From assembly GCF_006345805.1 (NCBI RefSeq), contig NC_043009.1:44330001-44394000 (forward strand): DNA of 64,000 nucleotides, given 5' to 3'. This document shows positions 49,331-62,613 of the stretch, in pieces. Below the pieces are notes generated by a model that was not told the origin of the DNA, did not search any database, and saw only the letters and a program-made list of their open reading frames with translations. Source of the DNA: Octopus sinensis. Lineage: Eukaryota. The translations under genes were made by a program, and so were the position numbers. How positions within the stretch are numbered: the first letter of the stretch is position 1; each line of letters opens with the position of its first letter.

Positions 49331-50384
49331 GAGAACCTGGCTAACATTTTTAAGACTAATTATGCTGTTGGTCTTTGACCAAAGACTGCAGCTCTATCAA
49401 AGAGACAAGCTATGAGTCAGTTATAAAACAAAGCAATGTAAAGTACTTTCTCTACACTTGTTGTAATGTCTTAAATGTTATTACTTTATTTTTATATCCA
49501 GTCTAGTGGATAGACCAATACATATTTTTAAAGTCATGCCCTTCCTAACAACAAATTTCCTCTGACCCATAAAAGCAGGTGTTAAAGTAATGATGATGGT
49601 AATTAAGGTTATTTCTTTCTGAACATTCTTAATTAGTTTAATAATCACTATTAGGAATTAGTAACTATTCACCATTAGGATATGATATAGCTTAGCCATC
49701 ACTTGCAAATGAGTCTGACCTGATGGCTTTTACCACACTTTCCACTAATTGTTTTTAGGTGCCTGTGTAGTTGCAAGCAGACTCAGTCACCTTTCCAACT
49801 CTCCCATCTTTGACCTAAGTGGTGACAGGTGGAGGAGAAAGAGAGAGAGAGCAAGGTTGCACCAGCATTCAACTGGGTTAGCTGATTTGCTTGTCATATT
49901 TGCTTGATCTTAACCACTTGAGCATGTCCCTTACTGGCTGACAGTATATGCATCTCCGATCGTGAGCAGGAGTAGTGGAGGAGCATCATAGCCATGTATT
50001 GAGAGGGGTTCTTTGGGGTTCGAATAAATGTAACGAAATCAAGGGCATGATGCACCAGCTAGTTCAGGAATTGAATTCACAGCTTTATGCTTGTGAATCC
50101 AACACACTAACCACTTGGCTACATGTCTTCATCATCACCACTAGATGTTTTTTATCTTTCACTTGTTTCAGTCATTGGACTGTGGCTGGGCTGGGGCACT
50201 GCTTTGAAGGGTCTAACCAAACAAATCAACACCAGTGCTTATTTTTAAGACTGGCACTTATTCTATTGATCTCTTTGGTTGGACCACAAGTTGTAGGGAT
50301 GGAAACAAAACAACACAGGTTGCCAATTTGTGTAAAGGAGCAGATACACACACACACACACACAAATATATATATATATATATC

Positions 50385-50850
50385 ATCATCATCATCGTTT
50401 AACGTCCGCTTTCCATGCTAGCATGGGTTGGACGATTTTGACTGAGGGCTGGCGAGCCAGATGGCTGCACCAGGCTCCAGTCTTGATCTGGCAGTTTCTA
50501 CAGCTGGATGCCCTTTCTAACGCCAACCACTCTGAGAGTGTAGTGGGTGCTTTTTACATGCCACCAGCACGGGGGCCAGTCAGGTGGTACTGGCAATGAC
50601 CTCGCTCAAATATTTTTACACGTGCCAGTGAAGCGACATTGTTAACGATCACGCTCGAATGGTGCCCTTTTACGTGTCACGGGTGCGGAAGCCAGTTGGC
50701 TGTTCTGGCAACGATCACGCTCGGATGGTGCTCTTGGCACCCTACTAGCACAGGCATAAGTGCCAGTGAGGCGACGCTGGTAACGATCATACTCGAATAG
50801 CCGCTCTGTCAACGATCACACTCGTATGGTGCTCTTTTCACCCCGCTAGC
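50385..50850 (-). mobile_element. SINE family C with an expanded VNTR (about 5 degenerate units)
   Basis: Repeated aacgatcacgctcgaatggtgc. Confidence 0.8.
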
Positions 50851-51013
50851 ATATATATATATACATACATACACACAGTGGGCTTCTTTCAGTTTCCATC
50901 TATATAGAAATAATAATTGTCATTAATGTATTTTAACTTGTTCATATGTTTTTGTTGTTTTTTTTTATATAAAATTGTATACATGATTTTTATTTTATAT
51001 TCCTTGATTCCAG

Positions 51014-51047
51014 TTTGTCTAGATCTAGCAAGAAACTAAAGAAATAA
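51014..51047 (+). CDS. Probable terminal coding exon (V-LSRSSKKLKK-stop)
   Basis: Acceptor ccttgattccAG after a long T-rich tract; with the phase-2 donor at 47623 it reads GTT TTG TCT AGA TCT AGC AAG AAA CTA AAG AAA TAA. Confidence 0.5.
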
Positions 51048-52010
51048 TGATGTCAACTGTTATTTCTTGCTGTTTACACAAGACATTGCTGTGATGTTTC
51101 TTGCTTCTGTCTAGTCCCAACTTCAACACATCTGCACAGCTACACTTGTAGGTTAATGAGCAGAGAAGATGGGAAGTGAAGGGAGAAAACAACTTCCCAG
51201 CTAAATGCAGCAGACTTTGGAAGACTTTTGTTTTTTAAAAACAAAAAAAAAAATTTTTTTTTTTAAATTCTAAGCAAAAAAAAAACCCCAACAAAAATCA
51301 CCATCTTTCTGCAAAACATTTACTGCATTTGGTATAAATATGTTCACATGCAAGTACACATACACACACACAAACATATACATGCGTGCATACATATATA
51401 TATATACATACATATATATATATATTCTAAAACGTAAACTAATGCTTGTACAATCCTCTGTACATTGATCTTCTCATACACACACATACATATGCATACA
51501 CACGTGCACACACACACACACATGCAATCTAGTGGGGAAACTTATCCGTTTAGGGTAAGGAATAATATCGTTTATTTTTCCATACAGAGAGCCACTGCTG
51601 CATATTAATCAGTTTACAAAAAAGAAACAACTTTCCCATATATGTTGCTGTCTTTAACAAGTAATGGAAATTACTTGTTTTGAAAGCGCCAAATATATCG
51701 GCTTTACTTGGGATTACAGATACCTCTTATTACACTGGCAACATCAACAACAATAACAACATCTACAAAATCAGAACACAGTAGATCAATGAGGACACTT
51801 CCTTCTTTGGAGGACTTCTTTTTTTTTTTTACTTTTTTATTTATTTTAATTTTTAATTCATTTTTATTTTTAGTTTCAAAACTTGTAATTGAGGAATTTA
51901 ATTAGCGAAATAAATTCATAAAAAAATGTAAATTTAAAAAAAAGAAGAAAAAAAAACGAAGGAAAAATTATTGTACAAAATAAAATGTGTTTCTGTGTTT
52001 TCATTTATTT
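51048..52010 (+). other. Putative 3' UTR with polyadenylation signals
   Basis: About 1 kb largely free of SINEs after the stop; AATAAA at 51909-51914 and 51979-51984, followed by a GT/T-rich tract (atgtgtttctgtgttttcattt). Confidence 0.4.
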
Positions 52011-52344
52011 ATTTATTTTGTCTTTTGGCATAACATTGTGTAGCAGTTTTTATTTTTTTATGGTTGGTAAGTGTTATTTCCTATTTACGTCTATCTGGAA
52101 ATCAAAGGAAAATGACTAATATTCCTTTCAAACTTTGCTTTTGTGTCCTGGGCATCAGTGTTTTGAAACTGACCTATTTTCCATTATATTTACACAGATT
52201 CTGCATTGAATTGCTGAAGCAGAAATATTGTAATAGCAAATATTCTGCTCAATGCCACAGATTTGCTTGTCATTTGCCTGATCTTAACCACTTGAGCATG
52301 TCCCTTAGTGGCTGACAATATATGCATCTCCAATCATGAGCAGG

Positions 52345-52695
52345 TGCAGGAGTGGGTGTGTGGTAAGTAGCTTGTTTACCAACCACATGGTTCCGGGTTC
52401 AGTCCATCTGCGTAGCACCTTGGGCGAGTGTCTTCTACTATAGCCTCGGGCCGACCAAAGCCTTGTGAGTGGATTTGGTATACTGAAACTGAAAGAAGCC
52501 CGTCGTATATATGTATATATATGTGTTTGTCCCCTCAACATCGCTTGACAACCGATGGTGGTGTGTTTACGTCACTGTAACTTAGCGGTTCGGCAAAAGA
52601 GATCGATAGAATAAGTACTAGGTTTACAAAGAATAAGTCCTGGGGTTGAGGGCGGTGCTCTAGCATGGCCGCAGTCAAATGACTGAAACAAGTAA
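52345..52695 (+). mobile_element. SINE family B (tRNA-like head, ccttgggcaagt core, internal TA/TG microsatellite)
   Basis: Further copies at about 561-706(-), 8095-8420(-), 22020-22405(-), 34860-35525(-), 46350-46572(+), 55088-55470(+), 56710-57115(+), 60432-60705(+), 62423-62610(+). Confidence 0.9.
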
Positions 52696-53156
52696 AAGAG
52701 GAGTAGTGGGGGAGCATAATAGCCATGTATTGAGAGGGATTCTTTGGGGTTTGAATAAATGTAACAAAAGCAAAGTTTGAAGGAAATCTTAGCCATTTTT
52801 CATACTTTCTGGGGGTAAGCAAATAGGAAGTAACAGTTGCCACCCAAGGACAAAAATCACATTAGATAGTGTAATGAAAGAAGAGGATAGGCAGATTCTT
52901 ATGTCATTCAGAGTGTCTCTAACACAAACAGAAGCAGGATGAAGAAACTATCATGCAAAGTTTACTGCATTTGGAGTGGTACATTAAGATATCACATCCA
53001 CAGATAAGAGACTTAGTTTTTGAATATTTGTTACAGAGTGAATCTCATGAAAGATACAGGTGGTGTCGGCGGCAAACTGGATGTAGATTAATTTTTTAGT
53101 ACCAACCTGCCTGGGACCGTGTTTTTGTACTTTCATACAAAAATGGCCTGCCTTAA

Positions 53157-53350
53157 CCCTTTAGCATTTAAACCAAAATATTCTACCTGTTTTATGTTCA
53201 AAATGACCAGGTCATGGTTCACTCATCTATCCTACAATGTCATTGTAAAAATAAATAATCACCTTACTGAAATCTTAAAGCCATAAGATAATGCATAATA
53301 CATGAATAGATAAGCATTACATTTGTCAGAGTAACCTGAATACTAAAGGG
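53157..53350 (+). mobile_element. TTAA-flanked MITE, family P2
   Basis: TTAA|ccctttagca...tactaaaggg|TTAA. Confidence 0.85.
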
Positions 53351-54852
53351 TTAAGGTGTTTGTATTTCATTTAGAATCGTTATTTATTTGGTCATTCATT
53401 TTTATGTCCATTTTTCCATGCTTGCATGGGTTAGAAGAATATATTATTGAGACATTGTTTCGCAGCTGGATGCCCTTCCTCTCATTAACTTGTGCCTGCT
53501 TTTCAAGTGAAGCAATGGTTCTCAACTATTGTCCATATGACCCTTGGGGGTCTATATAAGATCTTGGAGGATCTACTTGATCAAAATAGTAAAATGAGGA
53601 TCCACAGTATTTTATGGGTCCAATGAAAAATTTTGCAATGTCCTGTGTAATGGCTTGGTTTCTTTCTCTAACATTTTCCAACCACTGAAACATGTTCTCG
53701 TGGAGAGTACTACTGCAAGCCTACTCAAGGAGATGTGTCAAAGACAAAATAGGAATTTTGAAAGTATTAATAAAACTTGTTTATAAACAACAAATGGTTA
53801 TGGTAATCCACCAGGGTAAAATAATTACAAAACAAACATCCATAGGTAAAAAATAAAAGATCTTCCCCATATTGTCGTGTATTCTTATGGCAATTCCAGA
53901 AGGCTGGAGGGTCAAATGGCTGAAATTTTACGAGTATAACAACCAACATGAAGATACCAGTCTGAACATCTGTATATTGGTAATGATGCATGAAGAAGGT
54001 TAAAATAACATTTACCATTTGAAGCTGTTGAATTTGTTCCAATTTATAACATTTATACTTACTAAATCATTTTACACAAGCTGAAGTCGTTAATTTTTTG
54101 CATTTGTCTTATGATACCTTATGAAATATTTTTCTAAATTATTCAACAGTGTTTCTACTCTCTTGCTATAACAGCATCTACACTTAGTTGTTCTCTTCTT
54201 TTTGTCTCTTGTATTTGAAATATCAAACTGCTTTCTTACCTTACAGTTAATAAAATGCTATGAATCAGTCATGCTGGGCAAGGTAAACTAAAACAACAAA
54301 TAGAGTGGGAGTGGGTGACTGTCAAAGATGCTAAATGCAGGTGAACTGTAATGAGATGTTTTACTCTGAAGTCGTTGGTATTTAAATCAAAATGAAACTA
54401 AATTTTTATCATAAATTATGTTTATTATATCAATTTCACACACGGATAACATGCATTTAAATATATATGGACATTAGATATTAAATCCATTTAGTTTTCA
54501 AGGTATTATTGCTCACATAACATAAATTATGCATATACACTATTACTAGCACTCCATGGGTTACAATGATAAAGGTTCCAGTTGATCCACTTGATGGAAC
54601 AGCCTGCTCGTGAAATTGATGTACAAGTGACTGAGCACTCCACAGATATGTGTACCCTTAACATAGTTCTCAGGGTGATTCAGTATGTACAGAGAATGTG
54701 ATAAAGCTGGCTCTTTGAAACACAGAGTACTAATTTTTTTGTTCTGTTCTGGACCCTTCTCTCTCACTGATGATTTTATGATTGTAGGCCAAATACTTCA
54801 TGTGTGTGTGTGTGTATATATATATATACATACACACATATATGTATATATA

Positions 54853-55080
54853 TTGAGTCATCCCATAAATAATGTGATTTTTTCATACTTATATTTTTCA
54901 AAATGAACATAAACAAAGTTCTTTTTTAATCTAAAGTATACTCTCCTTTATTTTCTACAATGCTTTTTTATCTATCTGGTAGATTTGCAAAGCCCCTATT
55001 CCAAAATTCACTTGTCCATAACAAAAAATACTCCTCCAGTACTGTTCTGACCTCATCTACAGAATTCATATTTTTTCCAT
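54853..55080 (-). mobile_element. Mariner 3' end (transposase C-terminus plus TIR)
   Basis: DEVRTVLEEYF..EFWNRGFANLPDR*KSIVENKGEY; TA then TIR ttgagtcatcccataaataat. Confidence 0.75.
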
Positions 55081-55087
55081 CCAAATA

Positions 55088-55470
55088 GGTGCAGGAGTGG
55101 CTGTGTAGTAAGTAGCTTGCTAACCAACCACATGGTTCCAGGTTCAGTCCCACTGCGTGGCATCTTGGGCAAGTGTCTTCTGCTATAGCCCCGGGCCGAC
55201 CAATGCCTTGTGAGTGGATTTGGTAGACGGAAACTGAAAGAAGCCTGTCGTATATATATGTGTGCGTGTATGTTTGTGTGTGTGTTTGTCCCCCTAGCAT
55301 TGCTTGACAACCGATGCTGGTGTGTTTACGTCCCCGTCACTTAGCGGTTCGGCAAAAGAGACCAATAGAATAAATTCTAGGCTTACAAAGAATAAGTCCC
55401 AGGGTCAAGTTGCTCAACTAAAGACGGTGCTCCAGCATGGCCACAGTCAAATGACTAAAACAAGTAGAAG
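55088..55470 (+). mobile_element. SINE family B
   Basis: tggctgtgtagtaagtagcttgc..ggttcagtccc..tail gtaaaagagta. Confidence 0.9.
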
Positions 55471-56199
55471 AGTAAATGATTTTGAAGATTGCAGAATAAA
55501 TGATAATCAGATGGGGCAATGACAGAGGAACATAGTGGCCACTACTACAATTTCACCTCGCTTGACATCTTTTCCAAGCATGGCGCATTACCAAAGATCT
55601 CAGTCACTCATCACCTCCAATGTTCGAAGGGTGCTTTTTATGCACCACTGTCACGTGACACCACCATCAGTCATGACTATGGTTTCACTTGGTTTGATAG
55701 GCTTTCTTAAGCACAGCATATCACCAAAGGTCTCGGTCACTTGTCATTGCCTCCGTGAGGCCCAACATTTGAAGATCATGCCTCACCACCTTATCCCATG
55801 TCTTCCTGAGATCAATACATTTTTCACACAGCTGTATATATTTTCTTGTTTGTCATTAGACTGTGGCCATGCTGGGGCACTGCCTTGAAGGATTTTATTC
55901 ATATATTTTATATATATATATTTCATGGATGATATATTCAACCAAAACATCACAACTGTATTTGTTCAAGTGCTTCAATTCTTTGCATGTACTCAATTGC
56001 TGACATTTATCAATGGTTTCTCCCATTGTTTTGATGTACTATTATTTAAACTATTGGCATTTTTTATGACATGGGTATGCTAGTAATAATGATAATTCCT
56101 GAAGAAAGTTGTAAGGTACAATGGCTGAAATGTGACTATAAGAACCAAGACAAGGACATTAGTCTAAATATATTAGTGTATGATAATTGTTTCTCATAT

Positions 56200-56640
56200 A
56201 AGAACAAGGCCTGAAGCTTTGGGCAAACTTGGTATCATTCAATGATATCAAATCCAGTACTTGACTGGTACTTATTTTATTTTCTGCCCCACACCCAAAA
56301 AATAATGAAAGCAAACTTGACCTTGGTGAGATTTGAACTCAGAACATAAACATCCAGAAAAAATATTTCAAGGCATTGTTTTTCTGATAATCTAATGATT
56401 CTGCAAATCCACAGCCCTTATATTGTTGGTTTCAAATTTTGACACAAGACCAGTATGATTGGGGGAAGGGGTAATTCAGTTACACTGACCCCAGTACTCA
56501 ACAGGTACTTACTTTATTGACCTCGAAAGGGATAAAAGGTGAAGTTGACCCTAGCAGCATTTGAACCCAGAACATAAATACATGAAATGCCAATAAACAT
56601 TTTGCCCAGCATGCTAACAATTCTGCCAGCTTACTGCCTC
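56200..56640 (-). mobile_element. SINE family A, tandem pair
   Basis: Core motifs present twice. Confidence 0.7.
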
Positions 56641-56709
56641 CCACAGTCCTTATATCATTAGTGTATAATAATAATGATAGTCCTTAATTTTAGAAATTTA
56701 GACAATATA

Positions 56710-57115
56710 GGCATAGGAGTGCCTGTGTGGTAAGTAGCTTGCTTATGAACCACATGGTTCCGGGTTCAGTCCCACTGCATGGCACCTTGGGCAAGTGTCT
56801 TCTACTATAGCCTTGGGCCAACCAAAGCCTTGTGAGTGGATTTGGTAGACGGAAACTGAAAGAAGCTCGTAGTATATTTGTATACATATATATATATGTT
56901 TGTGTGTCTGTGTTTGCTCCCCACCACCACCAACATCGCTTGACAACCGATGCTGGTATGCTTATGTCCCCATAACTTAGCGGTTCAGTAAAAAGAGACC
57001 GATAGCATAAGTACTAGGCTTACAAAGAATAAGTCCTGGGGTCGATTTGCTTGACTAAAAGTGGTACTCCAGCAGGGCCACAGTCAAATGACTGAAACAA
57101 GTAAAAGAGTAAAAG
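56710..57115 (+). mobile_element. SINE family B
   Basis: Full length, colinear with the 55088 copy. Confidence 0.9.
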
Positions 57116-57599
57116 AATATTTTTCCTGATTTTTTTGCTTCTGATATTCCAGTATTGCCAGAGTTTAGATAAATATTAGATTGTTGCAAACAAACATGTT
57201 AATATCCACACTTCAACTGCAAGCATGTCATTTGGAAATATAAAGAGGTTGTTCACCTTTAAACTTCTTGTCAAGGTCTTAATAACTCTCTATCTCTCTC
57301 TCTCCCATCTCATGAAGCAGGTGCAAAACAACCATGTGTGATTTAGGAGTGATGGAAACTATTCAGAAACCCATTTGTGTGGTGTTTCTGTACAATTATT
57401 GTGTATATAGACAAACATGCATATATATTTGTATGTGCGTATATGTTTTGTATACTTAGGCACAGGCATAGCTTTTGTGGTACAGAAGTTCACTTATACA
57501 TAAATGTATGTATATATATATATATATAATAAATTAATAAATAAAACATATGCATATATACACACATATATGTACGTACCTACCTCTACATGTATATAT

Positions 57600-57905
57600 A
57601 CACGCATATATGGGTACAGGACACCAAAAAAACGTCGAACACAATGAGAAATGAAAATATAAACATAAAACCAAGGAACTGGACATTTTTCTTAAACAAC
57701 AAAAAAATAGAGTACAGGACAAATAACACAAGGAAAATTCCCCTTCTTCAATCGCCATGGTTTCATCTACTCTGTGTTTCGAAGGTGAAGGCAATATGCA
57801 TCTTTGATAGAAACTTTCCTTCCCACGAATAGCAAATTAAATAAAATTTGAGATCTTTTTGCGGAGGGGTAAAAATGGTAACAAAAACAGGACAGTAACG
57901 ACAGT
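57600..57905. repeat. A-rich repeat in (TA)n, possibly Penelope-derived
   Basis: Minus strand contains GAAACACAGAGTAGATGAAAC, a hammerhead-like 3' half; 5' core degenerate. Confidence 0.35.
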
Positions 57906-58680
57906 AAATAATTATTAATTTTAAAATCAGTAATTATTACCAAGTAGTTTCGGTATATATATATATGTAGGCTGTGGTAAGAAGTTTATTTCCTAACCAC
58001 ATGGTCCTGGGTACTGAGGTCAACTCAACTAAAATTCCTCATGGCATTGCTCCAGCATAGCTGCAGTCTAATGACTGAAACAAGTAAAAGATAAAAGATA
58101 TATTATTTATGGGATGACCCAATATATATATAAGGACACTGTATGATAGGTTCCTTTCAATTTCTGTTGGCCAAATTCACTCACACAGCTTTGGTTGCTC
58201 TGGGACTCTAGTAGAAGACACTTACCTAAGGACCCACACTATGTGATTGAACCTGAGACCATATGGATAAGAAGCAAACTTCTTCACCATACAGCTGCAT
58301 CTGTGCAATAAAAATTGCTTTCTCATAAAAGCCTCATATATGATCTATCTTTGCTAATCAGCAAGTTCGTTGATGACTCATTAACAGATAACTGCAATGA
58401 CTGCAAATATTTGATAATTTCACTGCACTTAAAACTCTCGCATGAGATAAATATTTAATTTGAACAGAAACTAGATGAGGGTGGAGTATTTGATTAAATT
58501 AACTTCAAATATCATCATAATCATTATTGCCATGATTTTAACGTCCACTTTTCCATGCTTGCATGGGTTAGACAGAATTCACTGAGGCAGATTTTTTTTA
58601 CAGCTGAATGCCTTCCTATTCCCAACCTTCACCTGTTTCCAAGCAAAGTAATATTTCCCAGTGGTCAGACATATATAAGC

Positions 58681-58765
58681 ATGAGGGTGTGCTGAAAAGT
58701 TCCTGGCTTTGGGTAAAAGAAAATTCAGGAGAGTCAGCCAATTATGATTTTATTCAACATAATGT
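58681..58765. mobile_element. Terminus of another mariner-like element
   Basis: gagggtgtgctgaaaagttcctggcttt resembles a mariner TIR start; no transposase seen. Confidence 0.35.
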
Positions 58766-59374
58766 AATTGACTTAATCCCTTTGTCTGTCCCTGCTTGTC
58801 CCCTCTGTGTTTAGCCCCTTGTAGGCAATAAAGAAATAAATATTATATCTCAGTTGGTCATGTTTGGGAATCTAACCAGAAAGTCTGACCGTTTCTAAGA
58901 GGACCCTATGGAGAAGTTGCCTGACGACTCTACTCTGCAAACTCTGTCATGGATGTTGGTGGCAGTCGTTGTTGTCAAAAAAGAAGGATGGAGGGATAAA
59001 AAGCCCACTTTGCTATTGAACCTAATGGAGCAACTCTATAATCAATGACATTCCAACCGTGACTATCCTGTTTTTATTCACTTAAAGCTATATCATCCAA
59101 TGTCTTTCCTTTTTAAAGACAGTAGGGTTTTATTTAATGGAAATTTGACTATTTCTTCCAGCAGGTCTAATATCCAAGAATGTAGCGATTTTATATCAAT
59201 GACTTCTAAAAATCCACGTCCCCACACTTTCCCTACCACCACGTGCTGTGGATGCTGCAGGCACAGTGGAGTTTCTTCAGGGGTCAACAAATTGTAACAC
59301 TTAACACTACTTTCTGTTGGCAGCAGTCATTGTTGTCAATGGTGATGGTGGTGATGGTGGTGATGTTGTTGTTG

Positions 59375-59405
<31 letters not shown>

Positions 59406-60109
59406 GGGTGGGGAGATATATCATCTTCAGTTTATATTTCTCTTGCAATTAGCCAAAGTAATAGTTTCTATGAAGGATTTGCTAGAAATAACAGCCTAAT
59501 TTCCTTCAAATCACACAATAAAAGAAGGACAAATTGACTAATGTAGCCCTAGATAAACTATGACACCTGAAAAAAAAAAATGATAATCACTGCAGGAATC
59601 CCTTTGATCACAAATCTGCTCATTGAGAGCTGACCTGGGGCTAAATTATGGTTTCTGATTTAAGTTAAAGGCCTGAAACTTTAAAGGGAGAGATCAAATT
59701 GATGCTATCAATCCCAGTACATTACTGGTACTTACTTTATTGATCCCAGAGGGATGAATGTCAAAGTTGACTAAGGTAGGATTTGAACTCAGAACATAAA
59801 GAATCACAACTGTCACAAGGCATTTTATCCAACAGTAACAATCATACCAATCTAATCCCCTCCTTTAAATTAATGTCTTAAAAAAATCATTTTTTAAATG
59901 TATTTTAAAGAAAGTTCCTCAAAACATTTCAATTTGAATAAAATATTTGCCCCAAATCAAGAATATTTTACTTAAAAGGAAAAACTCATACTAATTAATT
60001 ACATAGTTACTTAGAAATTTATATTTTTTTCTGAAACAGATTCCCCCTCATCCTTCTCTTCCTTAGCATCATTGTTGTTGTTGTTGTCATCATCTTTCTC
60101 TCTCCCTCT

Positions 60110-60116
60110 CTATCCT

Positions 60117-60148
<32 letters not shown>

Positions 60149-60425
60149 ATCTATCTAGTTATCTATCTCCCTATATGTATGTATGTATCTATCTATCTAT
60201 CTTATCTATCTTGTTATCTATCTCCCTACATGTATGTATGTATCTATCTATCTCCCTACATGTATGTAGCTATCTATCTGTCTATCTACTTATCTATCTC
60301 CCAATACATGCAACTATTTATCTCCCTACATATGTATTTATCTCTCTCTATCTATCTATCGATCTATTTATCTGTCTCTCTATCGCCCTACATAGTTACA
60401 TATGTAATTATCTATCTATCTCTGT
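60110..60425. repeat. Compound (TATC)n/(TATG)n microsatellite
   Basis: Direct reading. Confidence 0.9.
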
Positions 60426-60575
60426 CTTCTTGCATATGGTTCCGGGTTCTGTCCCACTGCATGGCACCTTGCGGCAAGTATCTTCTACTGTAGCCTCAGG
60501 CCAACCAAAGCCTTGCGAGTGGATTTGGTAGACGGAAACTGAAAGAGGCCCGTTGTATATATGCATATATGTATG

Positions 60576-60638
<63 letters not shown>

Positions 60639-60899
60639 TTGTGTGTCTGTGTTTGTCCCCCCAACATCGCTTGACAATCGATGTTGGTGTGTTTACGTCC
60701 CCGTATTATAAAAAGCGTAGGTCTACCAAAAGAACTTTTGTGAGCATTTTAATATTCCTATTCTTTTGAGTTTTTTTTATTACAAGTAGTTACACCATGC
60801 TCCCATGGACAGGTCACCAAAAGTGATACGTGTATGTGTGCATGCATGTATGTATTTGAACAACTGGGAAAAACTATCTAGGAACACTCACTGCATGTA

Positions 60900-61615
60900 A
60901 ACATAATAGCAAAATGGGCATGCTTGATAATGTGTCATATATATGTTTGTGTGCATGTATGTACATATGCATGTATGTACATATCTGTGTATACACAAGC
61001 ATATGCATACATGTGTGTGTGTGCATATTTCATGTGTGTCGTTATTTCTCTCTATGTCTGTTTCTCTCTCTCTCTCTTTCTCTCCCTTTCTGTCTATCTA
61101 CCTACTTGTCTGTCTGTCTGTCTATATTTTTCTTTTGTCCCCACCCTGTCTCTCTAGATTTCCAGGTCAAAAGGTAAAAAAGATGTTGTGTTGAACAGAC
61201 TGGCTGTCATCTTTTAATCTATTCTGTGACAAGTGGATCTGTTGAGAGTGGACACCTGTGTGTCAAATAACAACCAACCAACTAACAAACCAACCAACCA
61301 ACCAACCAGCCAGCCAGTTTGCTTGTAGGTAATTTTGCTTACCAATTCAGTCAGGGTCATAAATTGTATATTTTTCTACACATATACATACACACACACA
61401 TACATACATGTGTGCACACACAAACACATGCATATACATATATGCACACACACACATTCACATACACATTCACAAACACACCCACACATACATATGTGCA
61501 CACAAACATACATGTCTGCACACAGATGCACACACAACAGGCAAACAAACACATGCATATGCACATTCACAAACACACACACACACACACACACACAGAT
61601 GCATATGCATACAAT
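60900..61615. repeat. Compound TG/CT/(AACC)n/CA microsatellite field
   Basis: Direct reading; source of many spurious ORFs. Confidence 0.9.
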
Positions 61616-62613
61616 GTAACTTAGGACATGACGCTTGAGTAGGTGAGTGACAATTCACAGCTACATCCTACTCTGACATTTAAAACAAACCAAACAAACA
61701 AAAAACAAAAAAAATGTTTTTAAAAAAAAAATTATTGTTGTTGTTGTTGTTGTTATTTCTCATGCTGGGCAAAATGCTTTGTGGCATTTAGTCTGTCCTT
61801 ACATTCCACCAAGGTCAACTTTGCTTTTCATCCTTCCAGGATCAATGAATTAAGTACCAGTGAAACACTAGGGTCGATGTAATTGACTAGTTCCCTCCCC
61901 AAAACCTCAGGCCTTTTGCCTTTAATAGAAAGGATTCGCCTGTAATTGAAAAAGGTATTATAAAAGGAGAAAGGGGCTCACTACCCACCTCTTTTGACCA
62001 GGCTCCCATGGCTTTTATGGGGTTTTTCCACGTGAGGCCTTTTCTTTTTTCGAAGCTTCTCCTCTATTGGGAGTTTTGTAAATTGTTGAATTTTTTTCGT
62101 TGTTGTAAAGCTTGTTTACACGGACTTTTTTCTTTCGAAAAACGGACAAAACCTTTTGTAACCTTTTGTCCTGTTTTGTCCCTTTATGTTTTCCAATCAT
62201 ATTTGTCAGCCCTATCACATTTCCATCTTCATGGTCTTAGTTCAAATTCTACCAACAGCAACTTTGCCTTTCACCATTTCGTGGTCAATAAAATAAGTAC
62301 CAGTTGTGTACTGGCGTTGATGTAATCAATCAGACTTCTCCCTCGAAATTTCTGACCTTGTACCTATAATAGAAATGATTATTATTTCTTTATATTTGAA
62401 TTTTAATTTTTTTGTTAATAATAGGCGTAGGAGTGGCTGTGTGATAAGTAGCTTGTTTACCAACCACATGGTTCCGGGTTCAGTCCCACTGCGTGACACT
62501 TTGGGCAAGTGTCTTCTACTATAGCTTCGGGCCAACCAAAGCCTTGTGAGTGGATTTGGTAGACAGAAACTGAAAGAAGCCCGTCGTATATATGTATATA
62601 TATATATATATAT

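Noticed and set aside
60175-61658. Dense cluster of overlapping ORFs
   Set aside because: Translations of TA/TG/TATC microsatellites, which lack stops in some frames.
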